Source: Bdellovibrionota bacterium FG-2 (GTDB taxonomy: Bacteria; Bdellovibrionota; UBA1018). From it: a stretch of 16,184 nucleotides of DNA. Both the position numbers and the translations under genes were made by a program. Of this stretch, positions 1 to 8,034 are shown in pieces. Positions within the stretch are counted from its first letter, which is position 1, and each line of letters starts with the position of its first letter. The stretch spans positions 1 through 16,184 of the forward strand of contig JBBCAV010000118.1 of assembly GCA_051382305.1 (NCBI GenBank), given 5' to 3'. The notes under the pieces were generated by a model that saw only the letters and a program-made list of their open reading frames with translations, did no database searches and had not been told where the DNA came from.

Positions 1-125
1 GAGTGGCTGAATACGTCTTAAAGAATCTTTGGGAAGGTGTCGGCATCCCTGTTCGCAAAATCCTTGCTCGCGGCTATCGAATTAGGGAGATCAGTGAAGA
101 CGGCTTCGTCTTCGTGGCCCCTTAG
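1..125 (+). CDS. 3' end of an unidentified CDS entering the window (possibly a Y1/RAYT-like transposase C-terminus)
   Basis: The frame starting at nt 3 is open and reads VAEYVLKNLWEGVGIPVRKILARGYRIREISEDGFVFVAP, ending at TAG 123-125. 'YVLKN' loosely resembles the YIxxN motif of HUH Y1 transposases, but this product call is weak. Confidence 0.35.
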   Translation, partial: VAEYVLKNLWEGVGIPVRKILARGYRIREISEDGFVFVAP

Positions 126-236
126 GCGCCGGCTCCCGTCCATCCCCCCGTTTTGTTAGGGGGAATTACGCAACAACGCCTAAGCAAGCCCTTAAGTGCT
201 TGAAATTACACAAACAGGGGGTTCGCGATCCACCGT

Positions 237-277
237 TTTGGCTGAAAATCCGCCATTTTGGTGGATTTTGCCGAAAT
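237..277. repeat. Imperfect inverted repeat / stem-loop (possible terminator or element end)
   Basis: Core AAAATCCGCCA-TTT-TGGTGGATTTT at 245-269 pairs at 11 positions with one G:U. It extends through GGC/GCC and flanking T/A runs, and lies between convergent reading frames. Confidence 0.45.
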
Positions 278-499
278 CGAGGAGACGGAGAGGGGTCGGG
301 TGGGACTCGGCAGAGGCCACTTCCATCCTACGGCTGGGGCCGGTCCGTCGGGTGTTATGAACGATTTATTTTAGGCCGCAAACACTCTTCCAGTGATAAA
401 AATGGTTTCTCTGATAAAAAAACTCCAGGATAGCGACGCATGGAAACAATTGCGTATCGAACCGGACAATGGGCACCGGTTTTGCGGTGATAAGGCCAT

Positions 500-880
500 C
501 TATCCCTTCAGTGGAAGCTCAACAATGAAACAAGAGCCCTGGCCGAGTTCACTTTCGACCCGGCTTGAACCGCAGTGTGCTTCAACAATACTGCGTGTAA
601 TAAATAATCCCAGGCCAAAACCACCAAAGGCTTTCGCGGAAACAGCTCTCTCGAAACGTTCAAAGATCCCTTTTTGGTCTTCTATTGCGATCCCAATACC
701 ATGATCACGCACTGAAAGTCGCACTAGACCTTGCTCTTTACGCACAGAAATCTCGATCGGTTTTCCAGCTCCGTATTTCATAGCATTCGTCAGCAGATTT
801 AACACGACCTGCTCGATGCGGACACAATCCCAATTGCCAAGCATTTCAGAAGCGGCTTCAACAGTCGCCGTGCATCCCTT
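500..880 (-). pseudogene. Truncated sensor histidine kinase, HATPase_c domain only
   Basis: N box (EQVVLNLLTNAMKY), G1 (VRDHGIGI), F box (IFERFER) and G2 (GFGLGLFI) are present. The frame continues upstream of the ATG at 844 (KGCTATVEAASE) and then hits TAA at about 881-883. There is no HisKA or sensor domain, and the break coincides with an IS-like end. Confidence 0.8.
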
Positions 881-1054
881 TTAACCCCTGATATTCTCTG
901 GACACCAAAAGCACATAGATCGTGTTAAGAGGTGTGGCATAAACAGGGTACGGAAAAAAAATATAACGAAGAATTCAAAGCGAAGATTCTAAAGGAGGTA
1001 CGAGAAACGAAGAACGCCGCGTTTGCTTCGCTGTGCGACTGGAATAAATTCTGA
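881..1054 (+). mobile_element. Degenerate IS3-family remnant (left IR-like end plus start of OrfA)
   Basis: 881-906 TTAACCCCTGATATTCTCTGGACACC resembles IS3-family IR ends (..CTGGACAC). It is followed by GAGGTG and a short frame 932-1054 containing KKYNEEFKAKILKEVRETKNAA, typical of the HTH_Tnp_1 N-terminus, which then stops early. Confidence 0.6.
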
Positions 1055-1064
1055 TCGGCCAGTG

Positions 1065-2168
1065 TTATTCACGAAGCCGCTGCCAAGCAGAAATCCCCCC
1101 ACTAAGGTGTGCGATAGTGCGAAGGCCCCGCTCCATCAAAATCTCCCCGGCCACCTCGCTTCGCGCACCACTATGACAATAGAGTATCACCCGTGCGCCA
1201 GATGTGAGCTCCGCAGACAACGCCTGGGATTGCCTCAATTGAGACAACGGAATATTCACCGCACCCTCAATATGCCCCGTCTGCCACTCCGCAGCCTCAC
1301 GAACATCAACAAGCAGTACACTACCATCGCGTGCGCCCATGATGCGAGCAAGATCACCCGCAGATAATTCTTCTAAACCTACGACACAGGCTTGGACCTT
1401 TAAATCAGCTAGTACAACCTCTTCCGGTCGGATGGCACATACGGGACACCCCATTACTTTTGGCACGCGAAACATAAAAGGCCCCATAGTTGCGCAATCC
1501 AATACCAATAAAGTGCCGATCAGGGGTTTTAGTGGACCCACATCCGCTCCCTGAATTGCAAGCTTGACCGCCTCCGCAGCTTGCATGCTTCCCACAATTC
1601 CCGCCACTGCCCCCAGAACTCCCGCCTCCGCGCAATTCATCACACGCGTTTCGGGAAGCGCGGGATAGAGACACCGGTAACAAGCGCCGTGCTTGGCCCA
1701 AAAAACAGAGACCTGACCCTCAAAACGTGAAATCGACCCGTACACGACAGGCAATCCCAAGCGAACCGCCGCATCGTTAATCAAGAACTTCGCCGCAAAG
1801 TTATCCGTCCCATCGATGATAATATCAAAGCGAGCGAAAATATCGAGCACGTTGCGCGCGCTCAAACAGCAAGGAAAAGTTTCAATACAAATCTCAGGAT
1901 TCAGTCCCACTAATCTCTTTTTTGCGGCTTCAACTTTAAGTTCTCCCACCTCACAGGTCTGAAACAAAATCTGCCGCTGAAGATTGGTCTCATCGACTCG
2001 ATCAAAATCAACCAAACCTAAAGTACCCACGCCCGCCGCCGCTAGATACAAACTCGCAGGCGACCCCAATCCTCCGACACCCACACAAAGAACGCGCGCT
2101 TTTTTCAGCCGCGCCTGTCCCTCGACACCTATTTCTGGCAGAACGGTCTGCCGTGCATATCGTTTCAT
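1065..2168 (-). CDS. moeB: Molybdopterin-synthase adenylyltransferase MoeB with C-terminal rhodanese domain (MoeZ/MOCS3-like)
   Basis: Motifs RYARQ, GVGGLGS, DFDRVDETNLQRQ, DGTDNF, CYRC and CPVC zinc pairs, and rhodanese DVRE..EW..GHIEGA with active loop CHSGARS. Start placed at ATG 2168, which overlaps the mobA stop (ATGA). Confidence 0.92.
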   Translation of the reverse strand: MKRYARQTVLPEIGVEGQARLKKARVLCVGVGGLGSPASLYLAAAGVGTLGLVDFDRVDETNLQRQILFQTCEVGELKVEAAKKRLVGLNPEICIETFPCCLSARNVLDIFARFDIIIDGTDNFAAKFLINDAAVRLGLPVVYGSISRFEGQVSVFWAKHGACYRCLYPALPETRVMNCAEAGVLGAVAGIVGSMQAAEAVKLAIQGADVGPLKPLIGTLLVLDCATMGPFMFRVPKVMGCPVCAIRPEEVVLADLKVQACVVGLEELSAGDLARIMGARDGSVLLVDVREAAEWQTGHIEGAVNIPLSQLRQSQALSAELTSGARVILYCHSGARSEVAGEILMERGLRTIAHLSGGISAWQRLRE

Positions 2169-2746
2169 TTTATTTTCGCCGCCCATTGTTCCGGGGTATT
2201 GAGATTTACGAATTTTGGCACTTCACTCGGTGCAAGCTCAAAATTTATGGTATTGATTCCTGCAAGCAAAACTCGTATCGAACGAGATCGTCGCTCCGCA
2301 TTTGCATTCACAACTTGGGTAATCGTATCCACAACCTCAACAGAACCTCGCAAGGCCAAAGGGAGTTCATAGTTCGAAAATTTAGCGGCATCGAACCCAC
2401 CCAATCGCTGCCACAGCTCACAAATATGTGCCGGCTCTAACAAAGGCATATCAACAGGTACAACAACCCATAAATTCTCGGGGCTTTTATTCAGCCGCGA
2501 GACTACCGAATGCAAACCACCCAGCGGTCCCAGTTCTGGCACCTCATCCGCAATACACTCGACGCCTTCAATATTTTCGGCAATCTTCCCGCTCACAATT
2601 ACACGGTCTGCGCCGCCGGCTTTGAGCAGAGCAGACATATGATCCACGAGCCTGACTCCACAATAAGACAAGAGCGCCTTGTCGCTACCCATCCGAGTAG
2701 ATCGGCCTCCAGCAAGGAGAATGCCGATAATTTGGCCTTCACCCAT
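2165..2746 (-). CDS. mobA: Molybdenum cofactor guanylyltransferase
   Basis: Motifs LLAGGRSTRMGSDKALL, GPLGGL, PVDMP and NLNTPE. Start placed at ATG 2746, overlapping the moaE stop; ATG 2761 is an alternative. Confidence 0.9.
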   Translation of the reverse strand: MGEGQIIGILLAGGRSTRMGSDKALLSYCGVRLVDHMSALLKAGGADRVIVSGKIAENIEGVECIADEVPELGPLGGLHSVVSRLNKSPENLWVVVPVDMPLLEPAHICELWQRLGGFDAAKFSNYELPLALRGSVEVVDTITQVVNANAERRSRSIRVLLAGINTINFELAPSEVPKFVNLNTPEQWAAKIK

Positions 2747-3188
2747 GCTGACACAACTCATGGCCCTCAAGCCATTCGCTGTCCCCATCTTTATAGTGCT
2801 CTTTCTTCCAAATCGGAGCCCTGACTTTGATTTGCTCAATCAAGTACCGAGAAGCCTGGTATGCCTCATCACGATGGGGTGAACCCACGGCAATGGCGAC
2901 ACTAATCTCGCCCACCGCGAGTCGTCCGACTCGGTGAATAAGTGCAATGCGTTGGGTTTTCCCCCACTTTTCCTGCGCCTCTCGAATCATCGCGACAAAC
3001 ACCCGCTCCGCTAGCAGCTTGTGCACATCGTAAGAAACAGCAACAACAGGTCGTCCAGCATTAAGATCCCTCACAACTCCATAAAAATGGAGCTGCGCCC
3101 CTTGTGCCGGATCCGCGATCAGCTCCCGCATCCGATCCAGAGAAATCGGCTCTTCAACCACGAGTGCTGTAATCCCTTGGAGAGCCAT
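2739..3188 (-). CDS. moaE: Molybdopterin synthase catalytic subunit
   Basis: Motifs GAQLHFYGVVRD, HRVGRLAVGE, SPHRDEAY and KVRAPIWKKE. ATG 3188 is preceded by GGAGGA. Confidence 0.93.
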   Translation of the reverse strand: MALQGITALVVEEPISLDRMRELIADPAQGAQLHFYGVVRDLNAGRPVVAVSYDVHKLLAERVFVAMIREAQEKWGKTQRIALIHRVGRLAVGEISVAIAVGSPHRDEAYQASRYLIEQIKVRAPIWKKEHYKDGDSEWLEGHELCQHG

Positions 3189-3192
3189 GACA

Positions 3193-3456
3193 TCATCCTC
3201 CACACACAGGGGGCAAAACTGAAACGATGCACTTGCCGCTACCCGACTGTTGCAGCAGATCGTAATCGCCTAAAATTCTCGTCTCATCCGCAATCGCCGA
3301 CTTTGCCACCAGATCGCCCGCATTAAGTTTCTCTGTAAGAATCTTTTTGAGATCAATCACGGTCGATTGAGCAGGTATCGTCAAGTTGAGCTGCTGCCCA
3401 TCCGCGAAACTTTTGAATGCGCCAAACAATTTCACTTGCACTTCAATTTGCGTCAT
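3193..3456 (-). CDS. moaD: Molybdopterin synthase sulfur carrier subunit
   Basis: 87 aa ubiquitin-like protein with VKLFG near the N-terminus and C-terminal LPPVCGG. It sits between moeA and moaE and overlaps the upstream stop. Confidence 0.9.
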   Translation of the reverse strand: MTQIEVQVKLFGAFKSFADGQQLNLTIPAQSTVIDLKKILTEKLNAGDLVAKSAIADETRILGDYDLLQQSGSGKCIVSVLPPVCGG

Positions 3457-5870
3457 ACACTAAACCCTCTTGCACGCATTGGCACAACATCGATCAACTC
3501 GCCAGCCGGTAATTCACTCAGTTCTTCGGGTAATATAGCCCAAGCATTGGACACGAGTAACGGACTCACCATAAACGACGCCTGTCCCGGGAGCACCCGC
3601 ACGCTAGCGCTATGGTGTTCCTTGAAATCAAGCCGTGCTTTAAAAAAACAACGAAGGCCCGCAGGCTTTCGCACCTTCTCGCAAAGCTGGGCTCGCAACG
3701 GCTGCTCCGGCGGCAATCCCGTAATCGCCCGCAGATACGGCTCCACAAAAAATCGCAACCCCACGACGGTGGCTACCGGGTTTCCAGGTAGGCCAAACAC
3801 GACAGGACTCTGTGCGCCCAACGTGGGTCCGGGAAGTTTTGCAAAAAGCATAGGTTTTCCTGGCCGAATAGCAGTTTTGTGAAAAACAACTTTTGCGCCT
3901 AAATCTCCCAGCGCCATCGCGATAAAATCATACTTACCCATGGAAACCGCCCCGGTCGTAATAATAACGTCAGGCGATTTTGCCATTTGTTTTTGCATCG
4001 TTTCAATAAACTCATGAGGCTCGTCGGCAAGCGTGCCGCAGAATTCGACTTCAACCCCCAGCGCCGTGAGCGCCGCCACCAAGAAGGGCGCGGTTGAGTT
4101 CCGAATTTGCCCCGTTGTAAGCTCTCGCCCTGTAGAAATCACGGCGACCCGTGGACGCCGACGCACCGGGATTTTGTCGATGCCCAGACTTGCAAGCGCC
4201 AGAATATGCTCAGATTGAAGCATCGCCCCAGCAAAAACAACGGGCGAACCTACGGCAAAATCCTCGCCTGCATCGCGGACATTCTCATGAGGCGCAATGG
4301 GCCGAGACAGCTCAATGGCCATTGCATTGCCCTGCGCATCGCGCTCAACATGAACATCTTCGATACGCACAACAGAATCGCAGCTTTGCGCGGCAGGCAT
4401 CGGTGCACCGGTCATAATTTCCCAAGCACAGCTCCGATCAACGGGGCTTGTTGTAATCGGAGCATCGCCTGCTGCGATCAAGCCCTTCACTAAAAGCCGT
4501 ACAGGATGCTCTGGACTTGCGGAAAATACGGCGCTGCTCATGACGGCAAACCCATCCATCGCGGAGTTATTAAAAGGGGGACTCATCTCCGTACTTTTTA
4601 GGGAGTGGGCACACACTCGGCCCCGAACATCGCTGAGCGTGATTTGCTCTTCAGGCAGCACCCCTTGCTCAACGGCTGCCTCTTGAATCAATTTTAACGC
4701 TTCATCATAACTACAGCTAATCATAAACTCTAACTCCTTTGCTCTTGGCCTAACCCTTGGCACCCCTCGGACGAACCGAGGCAGATCAAAAACTAAGCCG
4801 ATGCCGAGAATCCACAACATGTTCTGTGTAACCAATGCAGTCAGCACCATCGCAATCAGGCGGGGCCTTTCTTCCAAATTATCCCAAGTTTGCCTTGCCA
4901 ATTGCAGGTGAAACACTCCGGTTGCGGCTAAAAGCGCGGCCAACAATGGTGCCCAATACCAAAGTACCGTTCCAGCGCGCAGCCAAACTAGGACACTGAG
5001 TGCCAGCAAAGTGCCGCCCATCACTAGATTTGTTTTCCACGTTTTGGCGCCGCCCCGCACGTGAGCCGTCACACCACCCGAACCATGACAAAAAGGCATC
5101 CCACCCATAACTCCGACTAAGACATTACCCAGGCCAATCGAGAGGAGCAAACGTCTCAGGGTCACTCGTGCGGCGTTAGCCGGAAAATATCGTTGAGTGA
5201 CATCCCTGGTCGCCACGACAGAATTGGCGAGCGTAAGTACAATCTGTGGCATCACAAGTGCCAGAATAAAATCAGGGCGAGCCAGAGCCGTTGCAGAAGT
5301 TAAATGAGCCTCAACGCCCGAGAGAGATGGGGGCAGGGTGAGCATTTTATAAGCGCCAAAGAGCATTCCGCTGGTTGCCAAAAGTCCCATAAAAGGAACA
5401 GCCGTAGCCGCGTTTAATCCCAGAATTGCGCCCGTTAAAGCGAGCGCCACCCAAGGGGCGCCCCAAGCATTTGGCCCAGCCATTTTAGCGGCTTGAAAAA
5501 CAAGAATCACGCCCAAGCCGGCCTGAAGGCCTTGCACCAACGCACGCGGCACCCACGATGCAGCACGGTCCACATTTAAAAAACAAAGAAGGAGACAGAA
5601 AATACCGACAAACGCCCCCGCAAGCCGCACTTCAGCGTAGGAGGCCCCGACGGCGAGCGCGGCGAGCGCGATGGACTTTAGAGGTTGGACCGACATCGGC
5701 ACGCGAAAAAAAATCCCGGCAAAGACATACGCCAACCCTGTCGTTCCAAGAAGAAGCGCGCTCGAAAAACCCGCCCTCAGCGAGAGCGCCACTAAAATAG
5801 GAAAAAGAACGGCACTATCCGCAAACGCGCCGGTAACATCCCCAAGAAGATCCCCGAAAAACTTACGCAT
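3453..5870 (-). CDS. moeA: In-frame fusion: MOT1-family molybdate transporter (N-terminal ~360 aa) plus molybdopterin molybdotransferase MoeA (from Met383)
   Basis: The hydrophobic N-half carries MOT1 motifs GAFADSAVLFP, PMSVQPLKSIA and GMPFCHGSGGVTAH. The C-half carries MoeA motifs PPFNNSAMDGFAV, IMTGAPMP, VAVISTGREL, TTGAVSMGKYD, IRPGKP and FGLPGNPVA. No stop codon separates them. An internal AAGGAG (4734-4739) lies 9 nt before ATG 4724. Confidence 0.85.
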   Translation of the reverse strand: MRKFFGDLLGDVTGAFADSAVLFPILVALSLRAGFSSALLLGTTGLAYVFAGIFFRVPMSVQPLKSIALAALAVGASYAEVRLAGAFVGIFCLLLCFLNVDRAASWVPRALVQGLQAGLGVILVFQAAKMAGPNAWGAPWVALALTGAILGLNAATAVPFMGLLATSGMLFGAYKMLTLPPSLSGVEAHLTSATALARPDFILALVMPQIVLTLANSVVATRDVTQRYFPANAARVTLRRLLLSIGLGNVLVGVMGGMPFCHGSGGVTAHVRGGAKTWKTNLVMGGTLLALSVLVWLRAGTVLWYWAPLLAALLAATGVFHLQLARQTWDNLEERPRLIAMVLTALVTQNMLWILGIGLVFDLPRFVRGVPRVRPRAKELEFMISCSYDEALKLIQEAAVEQGVLPEEQITLSDVRGRVCAHSLKSTEMSPPFNNSAMDGFAVMSSAVFSASPEHPVRLLVKGLIAAGDAPITTSPVDRSCAWEIMTGAPMPAAQSCDSVVRIEDVHVERDAQGNAMAIELSRPIAPHENVRDAGEDFAVGSPVVFAGAMLQSEHILALASLGIDKIPVRRRPRVAVISTGRELTTGQIRNSTAPFLVAALTALGVEVEFCGTLADEPHEFIETMQKQMAKSPDVIITTGAVSMGKYDFIAMALGDLGAKVVFHKTAIRPGKPMLFAKLPGPTLGAQSPVVFGLPGNPVATVVGLRFFVEPYLRAITGLPPEQPLRAQLCEKVRKPAGLRCFFKARLDFKEHHSASVRVLPGQASFMVSPLLVSNAWAILPEELSELPAGELIDVVPMRARGFSV

Positions 5871-5891
5871 AAACTGCTTCCATAAACTACT

Positions 5892-6857
5892 TTAATGACT
5901 CCCGCCCCGCACAATATGAAGCGCATGAGGAATCAATTCATCCAAAGCTTCCAAGCTTTCCAAAACCGCCTTTGGACTCCCTGGGAGCAATAAGACGAGA
6001 GTCCGATCCACCAGTCCTGCCTCACAGCGACTCAACCAAGAACGTTCCGTGAAACGCGAACCATACAGTCGCACGCGCTCTGAAAAACCAGGAATTCGCT
6101 TCGTCCACAAGGACTCGACCGCTTCGGGCGTCACATCTCTTGGCGCAAGGCCCGTCCCGCCCGTCACCACCACCACGCTCAATCCCTCAGTACCCCAAGA
6201 CTTAATCACGTCTTGAATCGCGGTTTTTTCATCAGCGACGATTTTCTGCGCAACATCTGTAGCCCCTCTGACTTTCAAAAACTCTACTGCCGCAGGCCCC
6301 GAGCTATCTTTTGCCTCACCTCGAAAACAACGATCACTCACGGTAAGGACACCCGTACGACATCCTTTGAGTGTCGGTTCTATATCGCCTTCCGACCGCA
6401 ACTGCGGCTTATGATGGGGATGCACCCAAAGTCCTGATTTCCCCCCCTCTTTAATTTCGAGATGAATTTCAGAAATAGTTAACGCCGGATCCACGCCCTT
6501 GGTCAAATCGTAAACACTCAGAAGCGCCGCACTCACGCCAGCAAGCGCTTCCATTTCAACACCCGTTTTTGCAAAAGCGCGCGCCTCGCACGACACGACG
6601 ACTTCACTCCCCACCACCGCGCACGTCACCCAAACCGAATCCAGCCCGAGCGGATGACAAAGCGGGAGCGTTTCCGAGACTCGCTTTGCGCCTTGGATTC
6701 CGGCGACCTCAGCTAACGCAAGCACGTCCCCCTTGGGCATTTCCTTCGCGGCAATTCGAGTCGCCGTTTCAGGGGCCATCCTAATACGTCCACACGCGAC
6801 CGCGCGACGCTTGGTCGGCGTTTTATCACCCACGTCGATCATTCTGAATTCGCTCAT
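5892..6857 (-). CDS. moaC: Bifunctional MoaC (cPMP synthase) / MogA-MoaB (MPT adenylyltransferase)
   Basis: MoaC motifs MIDVGDK, KGDVL, LPLCHPL, TGVEMEAL and GGKSG, then MogA/MoaB motifs LTVSDR, DSSGP, TGGTGLAPRDVTPEA and LPGSPKAV. Start placed at ATG 6857, just after the moaA stop and preceded by GAGG. Confidence 0.93.
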   Translation of the reverse strand: MSEFRMIDVGDKTPTKRRAVACGRIRMAPETATRIAAKEMPKGDVLALAEVAGIQGAKRVSETLPLCHPLGLDSVWVTCAVVGSEVVVSCEARAFAKTGVEMEALAGVSAALLSVYDLTKGVDPALTISEIHLEIKEGGKSGLWVHPHHKPQLRSEGDIEPTLKGCRTGVLTVSDRCFRGEAKDSSGPAAVEFLKVRGATDVAQKIVADEKTAIQDVIKSWGTEGLSVVVVTGGTGLAPRDVTPEAVESLWTKRIPGFSERVRLYGSRFTERSWLSRCEAGLVDRTLVLLLPGSPKAVLESLEALDELIPHALHIVRGGSH

Positions 6858-6861
6858 ACCT

Positions 6862-7881
6862 CTATCCCCCAATTTCCGCGAGGTTCCGCGAATTGCCAGG
6901 ATTTTTCTCATGCAAAAGGTGCGAAGCCGGTTTGTACTTCATTAGATCTAAGATACGGCTCTTGAGTTCCTCTTTTTGCAAAGGACTTTCTAGAAACTCC
7001 CGCAAACTAGCTTCTTCAGATTTTTCGGGGTTTTTCCCTGACTTGGCTCGCGCAAATAAACAGAGGCGCAGCGAGCCTTTTGAAGACACCCGCAACCGAT
7101 TACAAGACTTACAAAAATCCTGGGAGTAAGGCGCGATCACGCCGGCCGTTCCAAGATAATCGGGATGTTCAAAAGTCAAAGCGGGACCTTCATTTTCGCG
7201 CCTCGCTCGCACCCTCCAGCCCCGCTGATAAAGGTTGTTCTGCATTTCAGCCAGAGACATATGCCTGGCTTCAAAAAGTGCTTCGTTATCCGTCGTCTGC
7301 ATCAACTCAATCCAACGCACATGAATCGGCGTCCGCTTAGCCCAATCCAAATAGCGCTCGACTTCAAAATCGTTCAAGCCCTTCATCAAAACGACGTTCA
7401 CTTTGACTGATTCAAACCCCGCCTGAAGCGCCCCTTCGACCCCCGCAACAACTTCATCAAAACGTGAACTTCCCGTAAGGGCTTGAAACCCAGCCGCATT
7501 GAGTGAATCCAGACTCACATTCAAACTCGAAACTCCCGCTTTTTTAAGGGGCAGCGCAAGTTCCTTCAAGCGATAGCCATTCGTCGTCAGTCCCACAGTG
7601 CGAATGCCCGGCACTGTGGCTACGGCTTGCGCAATTTCGACAATATCCTTGCGCACGGTAGGTTCGCCGCCGGTGAGTCGGATTTTTTTAACTCCGAGCT
7701 GTGCAAAGCCACTCACCAAATTGGAGATTTCAGAAACACGGAGAGCCGAACAACCCGAAGGGTTACTCGGAACACTACCATTAGGGAGACAATAGACACA
7801 ACGAAAGTTACAAGTGTCAGTAACTGAAAGTCTGAGATAAGAAAACGTTCTTCCGAACGTATCACGCACTAATGAGGCCAA
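6862..7881 (-). CDS. moaA: GTP 3',8-cyclase (radical SAM)
   Basis: Motifs YLRLSVTDTCNFRCVYC (CxxxCxxC), LTGGEPTVR, FCKSCNRLR..LRLCLF and C-terminal IGG. TTG start with GGAG RBS. Confidence 0.96.
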   Translation of the reverse strand: MASLVRDTFGRTFSYLRLSVTDTCNFRCVYCLPNGSVPSNPSGCSALRVSEISNLVSGFAQLGVKKIRLTGGEPTVRKDIVEIAQAVATVPGIRTVGLTTNGYRLKELALPLKKAGVSSLNVSLDSLNAAGFQALTGSSRFDEVVAGVEGALQAGFESVKVNVVLMKGLNDFEVERYLDWAKRTPIHVRWIELMQTTDNEALFEARHMSLAEMQNNLYQRGWRVRARRENEGPALTFEHPDYLGTAGVIAPYSQDFCKSCNRLRVSSKGSLRLCLFARAKSGKNPEKSEEASLREFLESPLQKEELKSRILDLMKYKPASHLLHEKNPGNSRNLAEIGG

Positions 7882-7885
7882 AACT

Positions 7886-8026
7886 GTCTCCTTTCCAAGT
7901 AATAGGAGGCAAGATCGTTTCCGTTATCTTGCCCCGGTGGGCATTATGCCCACGGCCAAAATCCCGTATTTTCCAACAGAGCTCACAACTACGACGGAAA
8001 ACTTAGACATTTTGGCTCGGAGTTAT
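7886..8026 (-). ncRNA. Molybdenum cofactor (Moco) riboswitch
   Basis: The minus strand reads AACTCCGAGCCAAAATGTCTAAG...TACGGGATTTTGGCCGTGGGCATAATGCCCACCGGGGCAAGATAACGGAAACGATCTTGCCTCCTATTACTTGGAAAGGAGA. This follows the moaA-leader architecture: P1 CTCC/GGAG, P2 GCCAAAAT/ATTTTGGC, P3 GTGGGCA/TGCCCAC, P4 GGCAAGAT/ATCTTGCC with GGAAA, and a TTGGAAAGGAG tail containing the RBS. It lies directly upstream of moaA. Confidence 0.92.
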
Positions 8027-8034
8027 TTGTGAAG

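Noticed and set aside
200-704. ORFs 200..433 and 393..704 (+)
   Set aside because: Neither shows a recognisable domain. The first runs through hairpin-rich DNA and the second is largely antisense to the kinase fragment.
500-880. Kinase fragment as the cognate sensor of the NarL-type regulator
   Set aside because: It lacks HisKA and sensor domains, and its HATPase boxes are of the classical type rather than NarX/HisKA_3. The cognate kinase is more likely outside the window.
5892-6857. MoaC-MogA/MoaB fusion (and the MoeB-rhodanese fusion at 1065-2168) as novelties
   Set aside because: Both architectures are well known in bacteria.
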